Shown here piece after piece: positions 58,187-64,000 of a stretch of DNA of 64,000 nt (positions within the stretch are counted from its first letter, which is position 1; each line of letters opens with the position of its first letter). Source of the stretch: a virus; the IMG/VR virus record IMGVR_UViG_3300031519_006853, positions 32,001 through 96,000 of that record. The stretch is one strand, 5' to 3'. Below the pieces are notes generated by a model. That model had not been told where the DNA came from. It worked only from the letters and a program-made list of their open reading frames with translations, and made no database searches. A program made the translations under genes and the position numbers.

Positions 58187-58217
58187 GTTCAAAACCAATA
58201 AAAATTGATTATATTTA
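58187..58217 (+). promoter_or_regulatory. Variant early promoter (GTTCAA-N17-TATATTTA)
   Basis: Same spacing and downstream box as the TTTCAG class. Confidence 0.48.
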
Positions 58218-58246
58218 TACTATATTAATAAACAAACTAAAACTAT

Positions 58247-58432
58247 ATGAAAAAGAACGGAGATAACCTTAATGGAACAGTTGAATTTTATTATCAACAA
58301 TATATGAAAAGTTATGTATCTTTAAATCTAGAATTTTCTGAGTTTATTGCGAGCAAACTTCGATGTACTGAGCACCATGCGGTACAAGTAATAAAAACAT
58401 GGAAAAATAACAAACAACTAATAAACGCATAG
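58247..58432 (+). CDS. Small hypothetical protein
   Basis: ORF after a promoter motif. Confidence 0.55.
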   Translation: MKKNGDNLNGTVEFYYQQYMKSYVSLNLEFSEFIASKLRCTEHHAVQVIKTWKNNKQLINA

Positions 58433-58433
58433 T

Positions 58434-58622
58434 ATGAAAAAAGCAATTGGAAATTTTATAGTAGAATTATCAGGCGAAAGCTTAATGATTAAAAATCAAA
58501 AAGGTGATTTGTTAAAAGCAGAATCAGTTAAGCCGTTCGAATCAGATGATAAGTTTAAAGAACTATGTACTAATTTAGAAGCAAAGATAGCAGATAGAAA
58601 AGCAAAAGGTTTATCTGTATAA
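58434..58622 (+). CDS. Small hypothetical protein
   Basis: Coupled ORF. Confidence 0.55.
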   Translation: MKKAIGNFIVELSGESLMIKNQKGDLLKAESVKPFESDDKFKELCTNLEAKIADRKAKGLSV

Positions 58623-58634
58623 AAAATTAAACAC

Positions 58635-58749
58635 GGAGGGTTAGCCAAGTGGTAACGGCGCCATATCTTCTAAGGATTGAAAAGCAATGCTAGCTGCGTA
58701 AAGTAAATCTTAGGTATGGAAATCGGGAGTTCGATTCTCCCACCCACCA
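58635..58749 (+). tRNA. tRNA-Arg(TCT)-like gene with a 40-nt insertion 3' of the anticodon (intron-containing or tRNA-like RNA)
   Basis: Acceptor GGAGGGT/ACCCACC-A (A3:A70 mismatch), D-arm GCC-AAGTGGTAAC-GGC, anticodon stem CCATAT/GTATGG with loop CT-TCT-AA, T-arm GGGAG-TTCGATT-CTCCC. Insert spans 58674-58713. Confidence 0.72.
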
Positions 58750-58847
58750 GCTCTTAGATAGGTTAACAACCGAACAACGAGGCGTCAAATCTCACGCCTA
58801 CAAACCGAAAGGCTGAGTCTAAGTGGAGTATTAACGTAAAACGGAAT

Positions 58848-59147
58848 ATGGCAAAAATTAAATTAGAATCACATATGGGTATAGCCTTTTCAACAATAGG
58901 CGGTCAAAAATACCTATTCCCAGGATGGATCCCAGTCGAGGATCATATATCATTTAATGATGTTGAGGTTACAAATCCTTATGCAAATCAAAAATCAGAG
59001 ACTTATACAATTACTGGATCAAGAGGCGATAAATATACTGTAACAAACCGAAATGGCAAATTCTCATGTGATTGTCCTGCTGGTAAATTTAGAGGAACTT
59101 GTAAACATTCAACCCAAGTTCAAAAAGAACTCAACTTAGTTGAATAA
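58848..59147 (+). CDS. SWIM zinc-finger protein
   Basis: GSRGDKYTV....GKFSCDCPAGKFRGTCKH. Confidence 0.8.
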   Translation: MAKIKLESHMGIAFSTIGGQKYLFPGWIPVEDHISFNDVEVTNPYANQKSETYTITGSRGDKYTVTNRNGKFSCDCPAGKFRGTCKHSTQVQKELNLVE

Positions 59148-59151
59148 ATAA
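59142..59151 (+). promoter_or_regulatory. Putative late promoter (GAATAAATAA)
   Basis: Identical to the motif at 40911. Confidence 0.5.
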
Positions 59152-59169
59152 AGAAAATAATACACAATT

Positions 59170-60204
59170 ATGCAAGGAGTATACGGAATAATAAAAACAG
59201 ATGATGCTACAGTACCCGTAGCAAATTCTAGTGTTGAATATAACAGAGATACTGATTTAGGTATTACCTTTAATACTCAACACGATTCTTCAGAACCAGG
59301 AAAAATACCAACTCCACCAGCTGGAACAACTGGAACAGTAAGTACTGTTACACCAGGATCTGGTTATACATTAGGAGAAGGTAAAACATTAGTACAGACT
59401 TCATCTACTGGTACAGGTACAGGTTTAAGAATAGCAACATCAATTGTTGAAAGTGGCGGAATATTAAAAGCAGGAAGTACGGTTAGTGTTACTGCTGGTT
59501 TTCAAACTTTTCAAAATAACCTATTAAAGAATTATACAAATTTACCAGCAGACCCATATACTTGGACAAGAAATACGGCATCTGGTGCTGCAGTAGTTGG
59601 TGGAACTACAACAGCAATTACATCAACAGGTGGATCTGGAACAGGTGCAACATTCCTAGTAACAGTTGCTACAGGGACAGTTACTAATATTACAATTAGT
59701 GATGTAGGTTCAGGATATGCAGTTGGAGATATAGTTACACTTACTGTAGCAAACTTACAAACTGCACTGAATGTTATAAATGGTAATAATGCCACAGTAA
59801 CACAAGGAGATATAAAATTAACATTAACAGCTGACAATATTTTTGGCGGTATTGGTAATGTTTCTCAAGTTAGAATTTTAACACCAGGTAAAGGTCATGC
59901 TGTAGGTGATGTTATTACATTTAAAGAAGAAGGTACAGATAATGTCGGTACAGGTTCAGTTGCTGTTGCAACATTACAAACATTAGGTGGAACTGTTATA
60001 AGTGCAACTGCACAAAATAAAACTTATCCTGCTGCAATTAGATATTCAGGTGCAGCGGCCGCTGTCATAAATGTTTTAGATTTGAACGGTACACTTGTTT
60101 CATTAGGAACAGTTCAACCTGGGCAACTAATACCATATTCATTTAGTCAAGTAGAAGGTACTACGCCAGCAGTAATTGGAACAGTGCAAGTATTATATAA
60201 GTAA
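59170..60204 (+). CDS. Thr/Gly-rich virion structural protein (tail/baseplate beta-repeat)
   Basis: Three repeats of V..(I)....G.GY/H..GD (VTPGSGYTLGE, SDVGSGYAVGD, LTPGKGHAVGD) with GGSGTGA spacers. Confidence 0.65.
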   Translation: MQGVYGIIKTDDATVPVANSSVEYNRDTDLGITFNTQHDSSEPGKIPTPPAGTTGTVSTVTPGSGYTLGEGKTLVQTSSTGTGTGLRIATSIVESGGILKAGSTVSVTAGFQTFQNNLLKNYTNLPADPYTWTRNTASGAAVVGGTTTAITSTGGSGTGATFLVTVATGTVTNITISDVGSGYAVGDIVTLTVANLQTALNVINGNNATVTQGDIKLTLTADNIFGGIGNVSQVRILTPGKGHAVGDVITFKEEGTDNVGTGSVAVATLQTLGGTVISATAQNKTYPAAIRYSGAAAAVINVLDLNGTLVSLGTVQPGQLIPYSFSQVEGTTPAVIGTVQVLYK

Positions 60205-60226
60205 AAATAAATAAATTAATTTTAAG

Positions 60227-60415
60227 ATGGAAAAAGCAAAAGAATTATTTGGAAAAGTAGTAAGTTGGATTGACTCAAAAGGTTTCTCTGCTTTATTATC
60301 ATTAGGTATAGGCGTAGGTCTATGGATATTTGGTTACAAGATATATGCTGGAATTGCATTCGGTGTATTCTTAACTAGAAACTGGGATCTCCTTAGAGGA
60401 TGGATCAAGAAATAA
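60227..60415 (+). CDS. Small membrane protein
   Basis: Hydrophobic core ALLSLGIGVGLWIFGYKIYAGIAFGVFL. Confidence 0.6.
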   Translation: MEKAKELFGKVVSWIDSKGFSALLSLGIGVGLWIFGYKIYAGIAFGVFLTRNWDLLRGWIKK

Positions 60416-60428
60416 TTGAAATCAATAC

Positions 60429-60462
60429 ATCATCTCAGTACATTTTTTGTTACTGGGATGAT
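60429..60462 (+). terminator. Intergenic hairpin (terminator or processing site)
   Basis: ATCATCTCAGTA / TACTGGGATGAT 12-bp stem with one G:T pair; weak U-tail. Confidence 0.5.
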
Positions 60463-60486
60463 TATAGTATTAAATAAAACAAACTT

Positions 60487-61389
60487 ATGAAATATATTAA
60501 AAGTTTAGATGAAAACTTTATAACCGAAGGGGCTGAATTAAATGAAGCAGTAAATGCATCAGGATATCTCAAAGCCGGTAAATTAGGTGTCAATGACCAA
60601 TTCTTAGGAAGAAGGTCTTTAGCGTGGACATTATCAGTTGATCTAGGATTAAAAGCAACTGATGAATATGTTGGCCCATGGTTAGGATTTGATCATGTAT
60701 CAATGTATGCTATTGGTAAAAAAGGAGGAACTATTTTAGATAATGCGTTAACTAATAAATATACTTATGAAGAATTAAAAGCAGCTGCTGCAAAATTTTT
60801 AGGTATTAAAGAATCTGTTGATGTTAATGAAGCTGTGTCTAGATCTGATAAAGCAGTTAAAGATTTAGAAAAGCAAGGTTCTCAAATTGATTACTTAGAA
60901 GATGCTGATTCTGAAACTAAAAAGATTTGGAAAAAGTCTGGTGTTAATACTGATGATGAAAATACAATCATTCTTTATTCTTATGTTAACGACTCATGGC
61001 CTGAAACTAAAAAGATATTAAAAAAACACAGTGTAGATTTTAAAGAGTTAGAAGATCCTAATTCTGCTGGTGAATCTTTTATTGTATTTGTAAATGAATC
61101 AATTGATCTTAATGAAGCAAAGAAATTTAAACCAGGAGATATGTGGTCAAATGATTTTGACTATGATGGTATGATGAAGTATGCTCTAACTGTAAATCAT
61201 AAGACTCCAATTAAAACCCTTACTAAATTACATGATTCAGCAACCGATGTAAATTATCATACTCCTTTTAGAGGTTTAGGTAATGCAATTGATTGGATAA
61301 CTGATGATGGTGTTAATTCACAAGAAGGTAAAGACTTTATGAAACAATTTCATAATGATATTAAGGCTGAAATAAAAACAATGAGGTAA
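60487..61389 (+). CDS. Putative internal head polyprotein (3 modules)
   Basis: MKYIKSLDENFITEGAELNE|A leader; linkers ESVDVNE|A and ESIDLNE|A. Confidence 0.72.
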   Translation: MKYIKSLDENFITEGAELNEAVNASGYLKAGKLGVNDQFLGRRSLAWTLSVDLGLKATDEYVGPWLGFDHVSMYAIGKKGGTILDNALTNKYTYEELKAAAAKFLGIKESVDVNEAVSRSDKAVKDLEKQGSQIDYLEDADSETKKIWKKSGVNTDDENTIILYSYVNDSWPETKKILKKHSVDFKELEDPNSAGESFIVFVNESIDLNEAKKFKPGDMWSNDFDYDGMMKYALTVNHKTPIKTLTKLHDSATDVNYHTPFRGLGNAIDWITDDGVNSQEGKDFMKQFHNDIKAEIKTMR

Positions 61390-63074
61390 TGAAATATATT
61401 AAATTATTTGAAAAATTTACCAAGGAATACCAAAGTAAGATAGACCTTAAAGATTTTAAGAAAATCAAAAAAGGATCTATGATTCAATATATGGGCGGTG
61501 CCGTTGAGGTTGTAGATAATAATGGCTATGTATTAAAATTAAAAGATGATGACGGTAAAATCTTTACTGTTAATAAATCCCAATTTGATCATGGCGGTAG
61601 AATATCAGAAGTGTCTGATGGAAAGAAAAAGGAAAAGGAAGAAGAATTCCATCCTGATATGATGTATGAAGCTGAAAAATATATTACTAGTAAATATAAA
61701 ATAGGTGATAAAATTAAAACAGGATTTGGTGAATGGGAAGTAATTGAAACGGACTATGCACCTAACAAGAGTTTTATAGGTTCATTTATATTTAAAGGAA
61801 AGGATATGAAAAGAGTAAACATACCTAATCCTCCTAAGACTAATAAGAATGCAGTAGGTTATAAAGTTACTGATGGTGACAAATATCCTATTATAGGTTT
61901 CTTATATCAATATAAAGATATAACTAAACTTGCAACTGTTGGTGTTGATGAATCAGTTAATGAATTAAAAAGAACATTAGTATCTGGTACAATGTCTGGT
62001 TCTACACAATCTTTAGAAGATAGAAAATATGAATTAAAGAAAGATGCTAAAGGCGCTACTATTGGAAACTTTTCAAATGTAACACTCCCTAAAGGAACTA
62101 TTATTTATAATTTACCCGGTGGAGTATTTGCTGATCATTTTTCTCTAAAGAACAAATATGCAAGCAGATCATCACAAGGCCCACAATATTTTGATAAACC
62201 AACCTTTAAAGGTATAATGATTAAACAAACACCTGCTGTCTTATCATACATTGAAAAGAACAGTAAAGTTTTAGAATCATTTGATACAGAAATAGTTAAC
62301 GAAGCTAGTGATCAACAAAGATTAACTCATTTAAGAAAATTTGGAATTGCACCTAATAACCAACCACAGAATGGTGCTTATATAAAACAAGTAGCAAAAC
62401 CTGGAAAATTCTTCGTGGATTGGAAAGATGCTTTTGATCTAGGTGATGTTGCATTAGAGTTTGTAAAATCTGTAGGTAGTATTTCTGAGTTTGATATTAT
62501 TGATCTTAAAACAATGAAACGCACAGGTGAACAATTAGATGTTAAGAAAGGTCAATTAGGAAATTTAAGAACTACTTACGGTGTTAGAGTTAATGAATCA
62601 GTGGAATTAGATGAAGCCGCAAAACCTTATAAGAAAGGGCAGAGAGTTGATTATCAATTAGATCATAAAGGTGGAGTTGGTAAATTTGCTGATGCAATGT
62701 CAAAATCTAAAAACATTGAATCTGGAGTTATTAAAAAAAGAACTAAAGGATTTGCTGGTACTTTTAAATATGAACTTACTAGTGGTCTAGAATTATACGG
62801 TTCTGAGATTGTAGGTTTAACTGAATCTTCATCTAAAGACGGTGGAGATAAGTCAAATGGTAACTCTCATCATGATGATCATACTGATAATACAGTAGCA
62901 CAACATTGGAAAGATATTTATGGAGAAGAATTCCATTCAAAATATCCAGCAGTTGCTAAAATTATTAAACAAAGAAACATTAAAGATAAAAGAGAACTAA
63001 GTAGAATATGGGATGAAACTTATGGTGAAAACTTTGAAGAGCAATATCCTGCATTATACAATAAATTAGATTAA
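61389..63074 (+). CDS. Putative internal head polyprotein (about 6 modules)
   Basis: MKYIKLFEKF leader; linkers RISE, ESVNE, EIVNE, ESVELDE and GLTE. Last module is a tandem W..(I/T)YGE.F...YPA repeat. Confidence 0.72.
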   Translation: MKYIKLFEKFTKEYQSKIDLKDFKKIKKGSMIQYMGGAVEVVDNNGYVLKLKDDDGKIFTVNKSQFDHGGRISEVSDGKKKEKEEEFHPDMMYEAEKYITSKYKIGDKIKTGFGEWEVIETDYAPNKSFIGSFIFKGKDMKRVNIPNPPKTNKNAVGYKVTDGDKYPIIGFLYQYKDITKLATVGVDESVNELKRTLVSGTMSGSTQSLEDRKYELKKDAKGATIGNFSNVTLPKGTIIYNLPGGVFADHFSLKNKYASRSSQGPQYFDKPTFKGIMIKQTPAVLSYIEKNSKVLESFDTEIVNEASDQQRLTHLRKFGIAPNNQPQNGAYIKQVAKPGKFFVDWKDAFDLGDVALEFVKSVGSISEFDIIDLKTMKRTGEQLDVKKGQLGNLRTTYGVRVNESVELDEAAKPYKKGQRVDYQLDHKGGVGKFADAMSKSKNIESGVIKKRTKGFAGTFKYELTSGLELYGSEIVGLTESSSKDGGDKSNGNSHHDDHTDNTVAQHWKDIYGEEFHSKYPAVAKIIKQRNIKDKRELSRIWDETYGENFEEQYPALYNKLD

Positions 63075-63078
63075 AGCT

Positions 63079-63831
63079 ATGAAACATATTAAAACATTTG
63101 ATTCTATTAATGAAGCTAAAAGAGCTGGTCTTTCTAAAGAAGAAACTCTAAAAGTGGCACAGAAATTTGCAAAAGCTTTATCAAAAGTAGATGGTGTAAA
63201 GGTTACAGTTAGTAAAGGTCATGAAGAAGATTCATTTGATTTAGATTATGATGGTGAAGAATACGATGGTGGTTCATATAATATTAATGATGATGGTTCA
63301 GTAGTTAATATGGCAGTTAGACATCCTAAAACAAAAGTATCACCAACTTATGGTAACATTGATGATGATGTTGCTACAATTATAAAGACTATTAAGAAGT
63401 TACCTAAGATGTTAGGTGAAGGTACTGTTATTGATTTAAGATTAGTTAATGAAAATGTTAATGATGAAATTGAAATGGCATTAACTAACTGGTTAAATAC
63501 TTTAGCTGATGGCGATCCTGTTAAAGTTACAGATCTTTATTTAGACAACGGTGTTTTACTAGGAACAGTTGCTGAAGATATTAAACAAGGACATACTGAA
63601 ATATTATCTTATTTTGAAATGTTCGTAACTAAAAATCCTATAGGAAGTGTAGATACTTTTATTTTACAAAACTTTGGTGATGTATGTATCTCTGATGGTA
63701 CTTATACATTTGAATTAGATGGAGAAGATGGCCAAAGAACTTCTGTAGCTGCAAGATACACGTATGTTTGGAAAAAAGAAAATGATAAGTGGATGATCGC
63801 AACTCACCATTCATCTGTTAATCCTAAATAA
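63079..63831 (+). CDS. Capsid-leader protein with C-terminal SnoaL/COG4875 (iota carbonic anhydrase-like) domain
   Basis: MKHIKTFDSINE|A; LVNENVNDE linker; W.N.L..GDP.KV..LY...GVL.GT...YF..F...G.YTF...ARYTYV.......W.I..HHSS.NP. Confidence 0.75.
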   Translation: MKHIKTFDSINEAKRAGLSKEETLKVAQKFAKALSKVDGVKVTVSKGHEEDSFDLDYDGEEYDGGSYNINDDGSVVNMAVRHPKTKVSPTYGNIDDDVATIIKTIKKLPKMLGEGTVIDLRLVNENVNDEIEMALTNWLNTLADGDPVKVTDLYLDNGVLLGTVAEDIKQGHTEILSYFEMFVTKNPIGSVDTFILQNFGDVCISDGTYTFELDGEDGQRTSVAARYTYVWKKENDKWMIATHHSSVNPK

Positions 63832-63832
63832 T

Positions 63833-64000
63833 ATGAAATACATTAAACCACTTAACGAAGGAAGACCTATGTTCCAAGATACTCCTAATGAGTTAGCTTA
63901 TTTAGATTTTAAAAAATGGGCATATAAGAACAGAGGCAAAATCAAAAAAGAACTTACTGGTATTACAGACGGTACTAAACTATTCATTGCCTTAAGACAG
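63833..64000 (+). CDS. Capsid-leader-bearing protein, 3'-truncated by window edge
   Basis: Read by hand: MKYIKPLNE|GRPMFQDTPNELAYLDFKKW... open to the window end. Confidence 0.65.
   Translation, partial: MKYIKPLNEGRPMFQDTPNELAYLDFKKWAYKNRGKIKKELTGITDGTKLFIALRQ

Noticed and set aside
58666-58714. Archaeal BHB splice motif, group I intron, or ochre-suppressor (TTA) reading of the tRNA insert
   Set aside because: Bulge polarity is wrong for a BHB and the insert is too short for group I. The TTA reading needs a non-canonical C33, whereas CT-TCT-AA is a canonical loop.
58750-58847. Hammerhead, pistol, twister or c-di-GMP riboswitch
   Set aside because: Only fragments resemble them (GAAA, CTAAG); the required cores (CUGAUGA, pseudoknot loops, GACGCAAAGC) are missing.
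1-64000. CRISPR array or Cas system (prompted by the Cas4-like nuclease)
   Set aside because: No regularly spaced repeats seen; stand-alone Cas4-like PD-(D/E)XK nucleases are common in phages.
1-64000. Alternative genetic code (stop reassignment) seen in some Bacteroidota phages
   Set aside because: Standard-code ORFs tile the window densely with full-length conserved proteins.

Overview
A 64 kb segment of a large, AT-rich, T4-like myovirus (probably a jumbo phage). Every credible gene lies on the + strand. The host is most likely a marine Bacteroidota/Flavobacteriia member. This is inferred from a Bacteroidota-type outer-membrane beta-barrel, Bacteroidota-like ClpP and DnaQ, the lack of Shine-Dalgarno motifs, and the presence of PhoH and UvsE. 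Gene order: (1) terminase, tail sheath, tail tube, a chaperone pair with a candidate frameshift, and tape measure; (2) DnaQ-like exonuclease, tmRNA plus tRNA-Ala, topoisomerase II, nucleotide kinases and an Asp-type (dCMP-specific) thymidylate-synthase homologue; (3) ECF sigma factor, OMP, Cas4-like nuclease, PhoH, thioredoxin, endolysin and Hsp20; (4) a 12 kb glycosylation island with Kdo-pathway genes; (5) ClpC-ClpP, a second glyco/2OG-oxygenase island and UvsE; (6) a tRNA-Arg-like gene with a 40-nt insertion. The most striking pattern is a family of 11 ORFs with a T4-like capsid-targeting leader (MK[HY]IKxF/YxxF...[ILV]xE). Several are built as polyproteins of small modules joined by repeated ES[VLI][ND]E linkers that look like prohead-protease sites. 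Their cargo includes an ATP-grasp ligase and an iota-carbonic-anhydrase-like domain. Three classes of promoter motif can be read directly from the intergenic DNA. All protein family assignments come from motif recognition by eye, not from database searches.
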